A DNA stretch of 64,000 nt from Nitrospirota bacterium (GTDB lineage Bacteria; Nitrospirota; UBA9217), in contig CAWBNQ010000001.1 in assembly GCA_963790205.1 (NCBI GenBank), forward strand, positions 160,001-224,000. Reading direction: 5' to 3'. Below are positions 1-9,450 of this stretch, one piece after another. The position numbers and the translations under genes are program-made. Under the pieces are notes generated by a model. That model had not been told where the DNA came from. It did not search any database and was given only the letters and a program-made list of their open reading frames with translations. Each line of letters starts with the position of its first letter. The first letter of the stretch is position 1.

Positions 1-410
1 CATGGAAGCTCCGCATGCACGTACCTGCCCGCTGCGAGACCGTTGGAAAAATCGCGTGAAAACAAATCAAGCGACGCATTTCGGAACGATATGATTTCAT
101 CCCTGTCTTTGTAGTACTTCCAGGTATACAGATGCCGCACCTCTTCGAGCTGATCGAAAACGTGCCCGATGTCTTTTTTGCCTTTCGCAAGCAAGTGTTC
201 GACAGGGAGTTCGTAGAGCAGATCGCATGCGATAACGTGATATCCGTATTGGCACGCCTCCGCGGCGAACGAGGACGGTCCCGCCGCACAGTCTAGCACC
301 GGGCCTTTCTGAAAAACGGTTTCGTCCAACCCGAACATCCGGCAATATTCGAAATACGTCCGGCCGATAAAGGCGATCCGGTCTATGTCCAATGCGGTTT
401 TTTTGTTCAT
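1..410 (-). CDS. SAM-dependent methyltransferase, 5' part (runs off window start)
   Basis: Manual translation from ATG at 410: MNKKTALDIDRIAFIGRTYFEYCRMFGL...VLDCAAGPSSF (motif I-like). Frame is open to position 1 and starts 3 bp after the stop of the upstream MTase. Confidence 0.8.
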   Translation of the reverse strand, partial: MNKKTALDIDRIAFIGRTYFEYCRMFGLDETVFQKGPVLDCAAGPSSFAAEACQYGYHVIACDLLYELPVEHLLAKGKKDIGHVFDQLEEVRHLYTWKYYKDRDEIISFRNASLDLFSRDFSNGLAAGRYVHAELP

Positions 411-413
411 GGC

Positions 414-1220
414 CTACTCTTTCACTGCCACGAGATATACCCTGTTGAATATCAGTTCCACTGTGCCGCCGTCGTTTGCCTGATCTCGAAATGATTCCCT
501 CACGATCTCCCGAAAAGCCGCTGTATATATGCCGTCAACCGGCGCGGCATAGTAATCCTGGTTCAGATACCCGGCCGCCGCTCCGGACTCGAAAATGACC
601 ATGACCTCGTCCGACGAGTGGAGCGTTTTGACCTCCTCGATCCTGGCAAAGGGCACGGAAAATCCCGCCCGCTCAAAGAGCGATGCATACTCCTCTTTCA
701 TGTCGAGGAACGTCCACGGCGGACTGAATTCCAAAAAGGTCTTCGCTGTCCGGGGATCGCGAGCGACCGCGTCCATTGCTTTCACGAAATTCGGGCAATA
801 CACTTTTTTTGCCGGGGCCTGGATGCCCATGCGTCCGCCTTTCTTCAGGGCCGCATGGCAGTTTCTGAGCGCCAGCCCGGGATCACGAAACCACTGGAAA
901 GCGGAATTGCAGAATATGGCGGTAAATCTGTCACGATAATCGAGCTCCTCCGCCGTCTTTACGTCATATATGATGTCCATGCTCCGCTGTCCCAATTCCG
1001 CTTCACGGATCATCCCCGCCGAGGAATCGACGCCGACAACGTTGCCATCGGTCATTGACCTGATTTTCCGCGCCAGAGCCCCGGTACCGCAGCCCAGGTC
1101 CAGGACATCGTCATTACGCCGAATGTCGAGCAGTCCGATCAGTTTCTCTGCCGCTGATTTTTGAATGACCGAGTCTTGTTCGTATCTCGCCACAATGTTT
1201 GTAAAGTCATTTGATTGCAT
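414..1220 (-). CDS. Class I SAM-dependent methyltransferase (Tam/BioC-like)
   Basis: VLDLGCGTG motif I, VGVDSS motif II, IFCNSAFQW. Confidence 0.9.
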   Translation of the reverse strand: MQSNDFTNIVARYEQDSVIQKSAAEKLIGLLDIRRNDDVLDLGCGTGALARKIRSMTDGNVVGVDSSAGMIREAELGQRSMDIIYDVKTAEELDYRDRFTAIFCNSAFQWFRDPGLALRNCHAALKKGGRMGIQAPAKKVYCPNFVKAMDAVARDPRTAKTFLEFSPPWTFLDMKEEYASLFERAGFSVPFARIEEVKTLHSSDEVMVIFESGAAAGYLNQDYYAAPVDGIYTAAFREIVRESFRDQANDGGTVELIFNRVYLVAVKE

Positions 1221-1260
1221 ATCCGAACTCCTTACTCCTTACTTCTTACTCCTAACTTCC

Positions 1261-2127
1261 CTATTGCTTCTGTCCTGCTATCACTAGCACCACGCCGGCC
1301 AGGATGATCAGCATGGCCGCGATGCCCATCGCTGTGATGCGCTCCCCGGCAAACCAGACGCCGAGGAAAACAGCCAGGACGGGGTTTACATAGGCGTAGT
1401 TGGTGGCCAGGGCGGGCCGGACGTTCTTCAATAGATACGTGTACGCCGTGTAGCCCAGGAGCGATCCGAAGACAGCAAGATAGATGAGCGCCCCCAGCGC
1501 GCGCGAAGACGGATGCAGGGGCACGCGCTCGCCCGTGGCGAAACCGATCGCAAGGACGAGCAGTCCGCCGCTGAACATCTGGGCCGCGCTCGCCATCGCG
1601 CCGGGGGGAAGGGAGAGCCGCGTGCTCAACACGGATCCGAACGCCCACGATGCCGCGGACAGGGCGAGCAGTGCCGCGCCCGCGGGATGCGTCCGCAGAT
1701 CGCCCTCGAGGTTGAGAAGGACGATGCCCGCAAGTCCGAGGACGATCCCGGTCCATTCATTCCGAGTCGGCCACTGTTTCCAGATACCGGCAAAGAGCAC
1801 GGTCCAGAGCGGCGTCGTGGCAAGCACCAGCGCGGCCATGCCCGAGCCAACCCACTGCTCGGCATACACCACCCCGCCGGTCCCTCCCAGGAGCAGGAAC
1901 GTTCCCACGATCGCCGAGCCCTTCCACTGCTCTTTGGTCGGCGGCGACGCGCCTCTCCACCGCATGTACACGAACATGATCAGCCCCACCAGCATGTAGC
2001 GGGAACCCGCGGTGAAAAAGGGCGGAAAGCTCTCAAGCGAGAACCGTATCGCGAGGTACGTGGAGCTCCAGGCGAGGTACAGCGTAATGAGCGCCATCGG
2101 TATTTTCCATTTCCGTTTTTCGTCCAT
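1261..2127 (-). CDS. yedA: EamA/DMT family transporter, YedA-like
   Basis: About 10 hydrophobic segments; WSSTYLAIR, YAEQWVGSG and YAYVNPVLAV signatures. Confidence 0.88.
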   Translation of the reverse strand: MDEKRKWKIPMALITLYLAWSSTYLAIRFSLESFPPFFTAGSRYMLVGLIMFVYMRWRGASPPTKEQWKGSAIVGTFLLLGGTGGVVYAEQWVGSGMAALVLATTPLWTVLFAGIWKQWPTRNEWTGIVLGLAGIVLLNLEGDLRTHPAGAALLALSAASWAFGSVLSTRLSLPPGAMASAAQMFSGGLLVLAIGFATGERVPLHPSSRALGALIYLAVFGSLLGYTAYTYLLKNVRPALATNYAYVNPVLAVFLGVWFAGERITAMGIAAMLIILAGVVLVIAGQKQ

Positions 2128-2403
2128 ATAAAATGAAGCCTTTCACCTGCAACCCGGCAGATCTTTTACCACCAGAGGGCACAGAGAAAATCCTGCTTCA
2201 AGGGCATTGCTCGATTGCCGCACAAGCACATAATTCACAAAAGAAGGTCAGTCTTTTTTGAGTTTTTGTGCCTTATGTGGCTAATCAGACCCAGTCTTTC
2301 AGTCTTCTCCGCGTCTGAGGCTCCGTGTGAGAATAAATTTTTACGACTCAATCCCCTGGCATCCTTCTCTGTGTTCTTCGTGCCCCCGTGGTGAAATGTT
2401 TTG

Positions 2404-2444
2404 AAAAACAAAAAGGCCACGGAATTTGTCTTTTCCGTGGCCTT
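2404..2444 (-). terminator. Intrinsic terminator (attenuator) upstream of yedA
   Basis: 12-bp stem AAGGCCACGGAA/TTCCGTGGCCTT (2413-2424/2433-2444) followed by a U-tract on the minus strand. Confidence 0.8.
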
Positions 2445-2479
2445 GTGGGTGTTTACTATTCTATTTAATCAGTAAAAAG

Positions 2480-2566
2480 TTAATAGAATCCCCCTTCGGC
2501 CACGGCACTAACGTGCCATGCTGCCGCCAGACCGCGCTTCGTAATGAGGAGATTCATAGCGAACAT
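2480..2566 (-). CDS. Putative attenuator leader peptide MFAMNLLITKRGLAAAWHVSAVAEGGFY (28 aa)
   Basis: Short ORF between a sigma70 promoter and a terminator; contains GCCGTGGCC, complementary to the terminator 5' arm. Confidence 0.65.
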   Translation of the reverse strand: MFAMNLLITKRGLAAAWHVSAVAEGGFY

Positions 2567-2572
2567 AGGATG

Positions 2573-2601
2573 AATATAGTTAAACTCCGGGAGCCTGTCA
2601 A
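2573..2601 (-). promoter_or_regulatory. sigma70 promoter TTGACA-N17-TATATT for leader/yedA
   Basis: Perfect -35, 17-bp spacer, near-consensus -10; ATG lies 7 nt downstream. Confidence 0.75.
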
Positions 2602-2746
2602 GTACTTTCTTACTTCCTTGGGTGTTTTAAGGGTAGTGTTTACTGCAAGTGAGAAGGAAGAAGTTAGAAGTAAGAAATAGTAGGGATTCTACGGAATCAA
2701 CTCAATTCATTCGCTCAGGATCGCAACATGATACCTGATCATGTTT

Positions 2747-2920
2747 CTACCCGACCTGCTTTCTATATTCCTTCGGCGTCATTTTGTATTGCTTCTGAAA
2801 ACACGCGGACAGGTATGACGGGCTTCCGAAGCCGCAGTCGAGGGCGACCTCGGTCATGGACTTGTCACCGGCAAGCAGCAGCTCCTTCGCGCGCTCCAGC
2901 CGGAGGTCCTGCACGAAAGT
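2747..2920 (-). pseudogene. Remnant of an AraC-family HTH C-terminus
   Basis: TFVQDLRLERAKELLLAGDKSMTEVALDCGFGSPSYLSACFQKQYKMTPKEYRK matches the AraC signature; in-frame TAA immediately upstream (2921-2923). Confidence 0.75.
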
Positions 2921-2963
2921 TTAGGGCCGTTGGTTCACGGGATGAGCCCCCACATCGATTTAT

Positions 2964-3362
2964 CTACTTCTTATACAGTTTGAGGTCACAAATTTTTGCG
3001 ATGGTGTCAAAATCCCGGTCGTTATGGAGGAGCGTTGCTTTATGCTCAACGGCTATTTGCGCAACCAGAAGATCAACGGTATTTCTGACGGTAGCGCCTT
3101 TTTTTCTGCATTTTCGGTACAAGTCCGCGGCGGCAATGTAGGAGTTGGTATTGGTCAAGGAGAGAATGGGAAACGTTAATAACGATAACTTTACTTCCGC
3201 ATATTCATGCTCGTCTCGAATCCCCTGCAGGATTTCTGTAAGTGAAATATCCGGGATCGCGATTTCGTCATTATCCGCGACGAGCTGCTCGACAATCCGA
3301 TCTTCGCGGCTTCCCGTGCGGTTCAGAAATTCGATAAAAGCACTCGTGTCAACGAGTATCAA
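2964..3362 (-). CDS. vapC: VapC PIN-domain toxin
   Basis: (L)ILVDTSAFI, EILQG, DLLVA, HNDRDF acidic PIN residues; TTG start overlapping the vapB end. Confidence 0.9.
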   Translation of the reverse strand: MILVDTSAFIEFLNRTGSREDRIVEQLVADNDEIAIPDISLTEILQGIRDEHEYAEVKLSLLTFPILSLTNTNSYIAAADLYRKCRKKGATVRNTVDLLVAQIAVEHKATLLHNDRDFDTIAKICDLKLYKK

Positions 3363-3561
3363 TTCTCCGCCTCCGGCTTTGCGCAAGATTCCCTTTCCAA
3401 AGGCCGGCATGGCGCATTGAAAGCAGCTTCTTTCGCTTTAGTTGCCTGAGCAATTCATTGAGAGCCAGATCCACCACGTCTTTCTTGGTCTTGAGCGCGG
3501 TCATCTGTTTTACTTCGTTGACCAATTGATCGTCAAGAACGATATTTGTTCGTACACCCAT
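3349..3561 (-). CDS. vapB: VapB antitoxin (RHH type)
   Basis: RTNIVLDDQLV...TKKDVVDLAL; GGAGGTG SD; upstream of and overlapping the PIN gene. Confidence 0.88.
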   Translation of the reverse strand: MGVRTNIVLDDQLVNEVKQMTALKTKKDVVDLALNELLRQLKRKKLLSMRHAGLWKGNLAQSRRRRIDTR

Positions 3562-3584
3562 ATCGATCACCTCCATACACATTG

Positions 3585-3613
3585 AATATACTGAATTTTC
3601 CGTATATTTGCAA
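3585..3613 (-). promoter_or_regulatory. vapBC promoter TTGCAA-N17-TATATT with overlapping palindromic operator
   Basis: AATATAC...GTATATT inverted repeat (3585-3609) covers the -10 and touches the -35, as in TA autorepression. Confidence 0.6.
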
Positions 3614-3666
3614 GTAGTTTCCGAGTTTGGATCACATTATATTCTACTATTGAGTAAGACAGCCGT

Positions 3667-4176
3667 TCACCGGCGCTCAACATTGTCTATTTCCCGGAAC
3701 AGGTTTTCGCAGGCTCTTGTCGTCGCTTCCCCCGAGTACAGATAGCGTACCATGCCGTTTTTATCGATGAGCACGATGTTGGACACCTTCGGGGCTAGGC
3801 CGTAGGACGTAAATACAACGCCGTTCCAGTCCAGAAGAACGTGGGCGGGGCTTTTTTTGAATTCGTTCTTGACCGCGGCCTTCATAAAAAAAGGGACGCC
3901 CCGCGTGTCCGCGATTCCGATGATCGCGATCCGGTCCTTATAGCGCCCGTTGATCGCATCGACCCACTGCCGATTGTGCTTCGCCCCTTCGCCGTCGCTC
4001 GCCAGGAGAACGATGGGCCTTCCCTCCCCCTGCCGCAGGTCGTAGGGTTGGTCGTACTGGTCGCGCAGCGAAAATTCAGGCGCTTTGGCGTTGATGATCG
4101 TCCGAGCTCCCGCGCTCGCGCCGGCTGCCGCAAGGAGGCAGAGAAAGAGCAGACGAACGATGAAGCGTTTTCCCAT
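3667..4176 (-). CDS. Exported redoxin/thioredoxin-fold protein lacking CxxC (YtfJ-like)
   Basis: Signal peptide; APEFSLRDQ, LLDWNG, VLIDKNGMVRY. Confidence 0.7.
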   Translation of the reverse strand: MGKRFIVRLLFLCLLAAAGASAGARTIINAKAPEFSLRDQYDQPYDLRQGEGRPIVLLASDGEGAKHNRQWVDAINGRYKDRIAIIGIADTRGVPFFMKAAVKNEFKKSPAHVLLDWNGVVFTSYGLAPKVSNIVLIDKNGMVRYLYSGEATTRACENLFREIDNVERR

Positions 4177-4287
4177 ACTATAAGCTAATCAATAATTATT
4201 CGGGTTGTCAAGTTGCCGCGCGCTTCCGGCCTTCTTTGCGTCCCCTGCTCGCTCCCCATACTCCTTGTTCAGGCCGCAGCCCGCTTT

Positions 4288-4605
4288 CTATCTCGCCCTG
4301 ACCTTCTTGTTGAACCCGGTGATCCTGGATACTATGTCTCTCGTCGACGGGAGGTCCTTTGCGGGCGCATCCGGGGCCGCGATCCCCTCGAAGAACGTGG
4401 CGCTGTACAGATCATAGAATTCGAGAATGTCCAGGCAGTCGTTGCCGACAGCCGTCCCATACCGGAGATGGTAAATTTCCCCTTTTTCAAAATAGATCCT
4501 GATCAGATCCTCGCTCGTTTCGACCACGCTGACATACAGGGCGCCGCTCTTTTTCTTGTCATAGAGCTCCCGCATCACATCTCCCAACATCCGCTCTTCA
4601 GCCAT
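4288..4605 (-). CDS. Small stand-alone DUF4388/PatA_N-like protein
   Basis: KKSGALYV...IRIYFEKGEIYH resembles the N-terminal domain of 11826-13334; strong SD. Confidence 0.6.
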   Translation of the reverse strand: MAEERMLGDVMRELYDKKKSGALYVSVVETSEDLIRIYFEKGEIYHLRYGTAVGNDCLDILEFYDLYSATFFEGIAAPDAPAKDLPSTRDIVSRITGFNKKVRAR

Positions 4606-4805
4606 AGCGTTCCTCCTCCCCCCTCCTTGTGGCAGTTCATCCCTATACGCGAAAAGCCCTTGTTCCCCTCACCGGCGACTCGCGTGAGGAATGAAACACC
4701 GGCTGACGGAGGACCGGATTTTCGCATAAACTCTTATGGAACATGGTACAACACACGCCATGCCTTCGCAAGTGGGCATCCGGCGGCCGAAGCTGACCAG
4801 CCTCG

Positions 4806-5345
4806 TCAGCGGCCGCGATCAGCCTGGGTCATGATTTTATAATTCTTAAAATCCGACCGGGAATAGATCCCCGGCATGGCATGATCTCCCTCCTCAAAAA
4901 TGAAATTCACTTTTTTTATCTCCGGATTTTCCGTCAGCGTGAACGTTACGGAAGCAAGATAGGCCTGCGCCCCCGAGGAACCCATTCTTTGAGTCAGGTA
5001 TTCGGCGTTTATTACCTCTACGGATGCCGTGTGATTCTTAACGTTCAGCAGTTTCACTTGCGGAGGGCCGTCCGGCCCTCGAGCTCCCTCCGTCCGGAAC
5101 GTCCCGGGGGCCTTGGCTGTTCCATTCAGGGCGGCGACGAGCTTTTTCTCGTCGTTCCTGATGGCGTCGATTTTCCCGCCGCGTACCAGCGCCTCTGTTT
5201 TGGCGTCGGAATCGACCTCAACATGCCAGATATAGTCGTTCTCCGGGAGCAAGGACCGGTGTTCCTTTAAATACGACATGACGCCGATAACGATGCCGAT
5301 GAAGGAAATAGTCAGCATCAAAGCAATAACCAGTTTTTTTTCCAT
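4806..5345 (-). CDS. Membrane-anchored protein, GerMN-like C-terminus
   Basis: N-terminal TM segment; MGSSGA...TLTENPEIKKVNF. Confidence 0.6.
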   Translation of the reverse strand: MEKKLVIALMLTISFIGIVIGVMSYLKEHRSLLPENDYIWHVEVDSDAKTEALVRGGKIDAIRNDEKKLVAALNGTAKAPGTFRTEGARGPDGPPQVKLLNVKNHTASVEVINAEYLTQRMGSSGAQAYLASVTFTLTENPEIKKVNFIFEEGDHAMPGIYSRSDFKNYKIMTQADRGR

Positions 5346-5411
5346 ACGATACCCCCGAAAATTGAAGTGACGGCAGTGCCCGTTCCTGTCTCCCGTAAGA
5401 TTCTGGTGAAG

Positions 5412-6674
5412 TTACCTCTGCCCCGTGAACTTTTTCCGTTCTCCTTCCTCGAAGATCCTTACCTTCCCATATTCCCCGTCATAGCCCGGAGCGATGTGGA
5501 CGCGGCCTTCGCGCATGCGGGCAACAGCCTCGCGGATGAGCGGCGTGCCCGCGCGCTCGATATCGTCGAGCGGAGCGTCCATGAGTATCTTGAATTCGCT
5601 CCCCAGTTTTTCGAGCAGGGCATAATAGACGGCATTCACCTTTTTCGTCTTCACGCCGCATTTCAGCCCCTCGGCGATGATCTCCGGCAACGGGATGATG
5701 GGAAAGTACGGCGGCGCGCCGGAAAGTTTGAAGCCCTCCTCGCGGTCGGCCAGTTTTTCGACCCGGTGCAGCACGCCCACGGTCACCTTCTTGCCGCACG
5801 CCGGACAAAGATAACCGTGGCGGATCGTTTCCCTTGGGGTAAAGCTTACTCCGCATGAGCGGTGGCCGTCGTTGTGATACTTCCCTTCCTCGGGAAAGAA
5901 CTCGATGGTGCCTGAAAAACCTTTCCCCGTTTTGATGGCTGCCATCATCGCGGAATAGGATATTTCGGTATCGAAGATATTCGCTTCGCGGCCGATCTTG
6001 GGCGCCGAGTGGGCGTCTGAATTGGACACAAGCGTTATACGGTCCAGGGCGGAGAGCCTGCGGTTCATGGCCGGGTCCGACGAAAGCCCGGTCTCGATGG
6101 CGTAGATGTGGGGCGTGAGCTCGTCGAAGCATTCTTCGAGCGTGTCGAAGCCCGAAACGGCGCCGAACACGGAAAAGTGCGGGGTCCAGGCGTGAGCCGG
6201 GATGAACAGGTTGTCCGGCGAGGCGTCGAGCGTCATCCTCAGCAGCTCCTTTGCATCGAGCCCCAGGATCGGCCTGCCGTCGGACTTGAGATTGCCGATC
6301 TTCGACAGGGAAGCATTCAGCCGCGCCGCGCTCGCGAGATCGGGCGAGAGAACGACCGCGTGCACCTTTCGGGTCTTGTCGTTCTTCCGGTAGATGCAGC
6401 TTATCTCCGCGGAGAGGATGAAAGAAACCTCGGACTTGCATGAATCGGGAACGCCGTCCGGCTGATATTTTTTCCTGAGCGTAAAGAGGCCGTTGTCCGC
6501 GGGCTCCAGCTTTTTTTGAAGCTCCCTGAGCCACTGGGGATGGGTGAAGTCGCCGGTGCCGATGACCGTGATGCCCTTGAGCTGCGCCCACTTCCAGATC
6601 CCTTCGGGCGACATGTCCTTGCTCGTTGCGCGGGAGTAGTGCGAGTGGACGTGAAGGTCGGCTATGAAGCGCAT
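5412..6674 (-). CDS. Endonuclease Q family / PHP-domain protein
   Basis: ADLHVHSHYSRATS, GTGDFTHP, PAHAWTP, SNSDAHS, GKYHNDGHRSC and CPACG zinc site. Confidence 0.88.
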   Translation of the reverse strand: MRFIADLHVHSHYSRATSKDMSPEGIWKWAQLKGITVIGTGDFTHPQWLRELQKKLEPADNGLFTLRKKYQPDGVPDSCKSEVSFILSAEISCIYRKNDKTRKVHAVVLSPDLASAARLNASLSKIGNLKSDGRPILGLDAKELLRMTLDASPDNLFIPAHAWTPHFSVFGAVSGFDTLEECFDELTPHIYAIETGLSSDPAMNRRLSALDRITLVSNSDAHSAPKIGREANIFDTEISYSAMMAAIKTGKGFSGTIEFFPEEGKYHNDGHRSCGVSFTPRETIRHGYLCPACGKKVTVGVLHRVEKLADREEGFKLSGAPPYFPIIPLPEIIAEGLKCGVKTKKVNAVYYALLEKLGSEFKILMDAPLDDIERAGTPLIREAVARMREGRVHIAPGYDGEYGKVRIFEEGERKKFTGQR

Positions 6675-7052
6675 GCGGGATTATAGCATAATAGTATTTT
6701 TTTTCCACGGATTTGCGCGGATAAGCCGATATTGTCGTCCTCTCCTTTCGGGCGGGTGAGGCAAGGGGAATCAATGCGGGGATAAAGACCTTATGAAAGG
6801 TCTCATGACGGCATTTACCTGCGTTTCTCTAAATCCCTCACAGCCTCCCTCGTCGGCTATCCTTGGGAGCTTTCGTGGGGATCATGACATCAGGCTGGGC
6901 CATGCTTTCGGCACCATCGTAGTAAAACAGTTGCTTCTTCCGGGTATCCTGCGGGTCACGGAAGGAATTTACCGAATAGCCGGTGCTTCGTATCCCCGGG
7001 GTGAAACAGGTGTTCTTGACATGCTCGTCCAATATGCCTGTCCCAGGCCTGT

Positions 7053-7412
7053 TCATACCACCTCTTCGTCTTCCTTGCGCCACGCCGGGTCCACGATGCA
7101 GATGAACACGAGGTCCCTTGTACCCGCATTATGGATACACTGCGTCGCCTTCGGCGGGATATAGACGGTGGAACCGGGGCGAACCGGCGCTGTCTCGTCG
7201 TCGATATGCATGATGCCCTCGCCCTCTATAATATAATAGACCTCGGAGGTCTTGAGCCGGTGCCTCCACGTGGTCTGACCGGGCCGAACCACCGCGTGAG
7301 CCAGGCTGTAGCGGAGGTCGAGGCCGGCCTTGTCAGGGTGCAGGATCTCCCGCAGGATGCAGTTGTCGCCGGCGATGAATTCGTCGCAGTCTTTCAGTTC
7401 GCGTATGAGCAT
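7053..7412 (-). CDS. Cupin domain protein
   Basis: HRLKTSEVYYIIEGEG cupin motif 1; PGSTVYIPP motif 2. Confidence 0.9.
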   Translation of the reverse strand: MLIRELKDCDEFIAGDNCILREILHPDKAGLDLRYSLAHAVVRPGQTTWRHRLKTSEVYYIIEGEGIMHIDDETAPVRPGSTVYIPPKATQCIHNAGTRDLVFICIVDPAWRKEDEEVV

Positions 7413-7657
7413 GGTTTTACTCCTTCCAACTCCTTCACCACGGAGGACACAGAGAAATTTTTGAGTTTAAAAGCACAATGCATCCTCGGTCATCCCCCTC
7501 TCTGTGTCCTCTGTGGTATCAGTAGCGCTGATTACCAGGATTCCATGCCGTACTGTACCATAGGTCATCGGGAGTGGCAAACGGCCGCATGCCGGCAGGG
7601 TGCCCGGGCCTTGACGCGGGCATGGTGATACAGTACAATGGGACGGATATCGCACCT

Positions 7658-8446
7658 ATGGACCGTCAAGAACTGGACAACCTGAAGCAGTGGTTCTCTG
7701 ATTACTGCAGGACCTTCCGCACGCCGGACGCCGAGGACCAGCAGAACATAACCCTGAAAGAAGAGCACACCCGGCACGTCTGCGACAACATGACGGCGAT
7801 CGCGCGCGACCTGTCTCTCGACGAGGACCGCGTCATGCTCGCCGGGGCCGTCGCGCTCTTTCACGATGTCGGCAGGTTCCCGCAGTACCGGAAATACCAT
7901 ACGTTCCGGGACAGCGTCTCGGTGAACCACGCGGCCCTCGGCGCCCGGGTGCTGATCGGGAACAACGTGCTCCGGAGCGTTTTGAAGCGCGAGCGGGACC
8001 TCATCCTCCGGGCCGTAACGCTCCATAACGTCTTTGCCGTCCCCGGGGGGCTCGACCCGGATGCGCTCCTCTTTCTCAAGATGGTCCGAGACGCCGACAA
8101 GCTCGACATCTGGCGCGTGTCGCTCGAATATTACTCGCAGAACGAGGCAGAGAGGGCATCTGCCGTCGGGCTCGACCTGCCGGACACGGACGGCTATTCG
8201 CCGGAGATCCTGGAATCGCTGCGCCGCAAAGAGATGGTGCAGATGTCGGCGCTCAGGACCCTGAATGATTTTAAGCTCCTGCAGCTCGCCTGGATTTTCG
8301 ACCTCAACTTCGCCGCCTCGCTGCGGATGGTCGCGGAGCGGCGCACCATCGACCGGCTGGCCTCTTTTCTACCCGATGCCGAAGAAATCAGGAACGCCGT
8401 GGACTTTGTGCGGGGCTATGCAGCGGGACGTCTTTGCGGGACCTGA
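7658..8446 (+). CDS. HD-domain phosphohydrolase
   Basis: KEEHT, LFHDVGRF, VRDADKLDI. Confidence 0.88.
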   Translation: MDRQELDNLKQWFSDYCRTFRTPDAEDQQNITLKEEHTRHVCDNMTAIARDLSLDEDRVMLAGAVALFHDVGRFPQYRKYHTFRDSVSVNHAALGARVLIGNNVLRSVLKRERDLILRAVTLHNVFAVPGGLDPDALLFLKMVRDADKLDIWRVSLEYYSQNEAERASAVGLDLPDTDGYSPEILESLRRKEMVQMSALRTLNDFKLLQLAWIFDLNFAASLRMVAERRTIDRLASFLPDAEEIRNAVDFVRGYAAGRLCGT

Positions 8447-8508
8447 GGATGTTTTCCCCGTGCGCCGCAGGCATTTTCCTCCTCAGTCGGGCACAGGCCC
8501 CTTGCTGA

Positions 8509-9348
8509 TCATTCACGTTTATAATACCAGGACAGCGCCTTCTGAAGGTTCCGGACGATGTCCTCTTTCGCGTTGATGATAAAGATCCTGTCCTGGACGG
8601 TGAAAAGCTCACGCTCCATGCGCGTGACCGCGGGCGGATAGGGCGACCGTCGCGCAAGCTCCGCTTCGAACATGGGTACGATCTTGTCCTGCATTCTGAG
8701 CTCCGTGTCCATCAGGAATACCGCGATCTCGGGCGAGAGGTCCTCGACCCGGTCGAGAAACGCGGCGATCTCGCTGTCGTAGATCTGCTTCGGAGGCGAC
8801 GATTTCACCTCGACGTAGAAAAGCGAGCCGTCGAACTTCGCGATCACATCGTAATCCCCTCCCACCTTCGGCCGCTTGAACTTCACGCCCCACGCCGCCT
8901 CCGAGCCAAGCTCCCGGGTAAACACCTGGGCGACATACCATTCAAGCGTTTCGCCGAAGCTCTTGACCGGCCCTTTGGCGAGGACGTAGCCGTTCGTCTT
9001 TTTTTGCAGGAGCCTGATGGACAGGAGATAGTCAAGATATTTTTTTGTGACGCCCGGGGTCGCGTACCGCGTCACCTGTTCGGAGGCGAACGGTTCTTGC
9101 TGCTTGATCACGTCTCGAAGAAGGAGCCGGAACGAGTATTTGTGCATCATCCGGTAATAACCGGCCTGAAATTTCCCGGCAGGGACCAGCAGGTCTTCGG
9201 AAGGTTCCTTCTTGTAGATCGTGAAACCGCGCCGCTTGAGGAATACGTTGAGACCGGAGGTAAGGCGGTTGATCGCTGCGCGAAGTCGTTTGACTTCTTT
9301 TCTCAGATAGGCGAGCTCTTCGCGGGTCTTGACGTCACGGGCAGGCAT
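8509..9348 (-). CDS. Hypothetical protein with C-terminal PD-(D/E)xK nuclease-like fold
   Basis: GETLEWYV...GGDYDV...YVEVKS catalytic-like spacing. Confidence 0.6.
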   Translation of the reverse strand: MPARDVKTREELAYLRKEVKRLRAAINRLTSGLNVFLKRRGFTIYKKEPSEDLLVPAGKFQAGYYRMMHKYSFRLLLRDVIKQQEPFASEQVTRYATPGVTKKYLDYLLSIRLLQKKTNGYVLAKGPVKSFGETLEWYVAQVFTRELGSEAAWGVKFKRPKVGGDYDVIAKFDGSLFYVEVKSSPPKQIYDSEIAAFLDRVEDLSPEIAVFLMDTELRMQDKIVPMFEAELARRSPYPPAVTRMERELFTVQDRIFIINAKEDIVRNLQKALSWYYKRE

Positions 9349-9450
9349 AGGAAGTAGCCGGGCGGCGGATATAGAAACAGGGGCCGCCCCTCACGCTTGA
9401 TTGATTATAACATAATAAGGGCGGAGGAAACGCCGGGAGACCTGTTGTTA

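Noticed and set aside
6838..7056. Small ORF overlapping the cupin stop (ATGA)
   Set aside because: Possible translational coupling, but no recognisable motif; too weak to call
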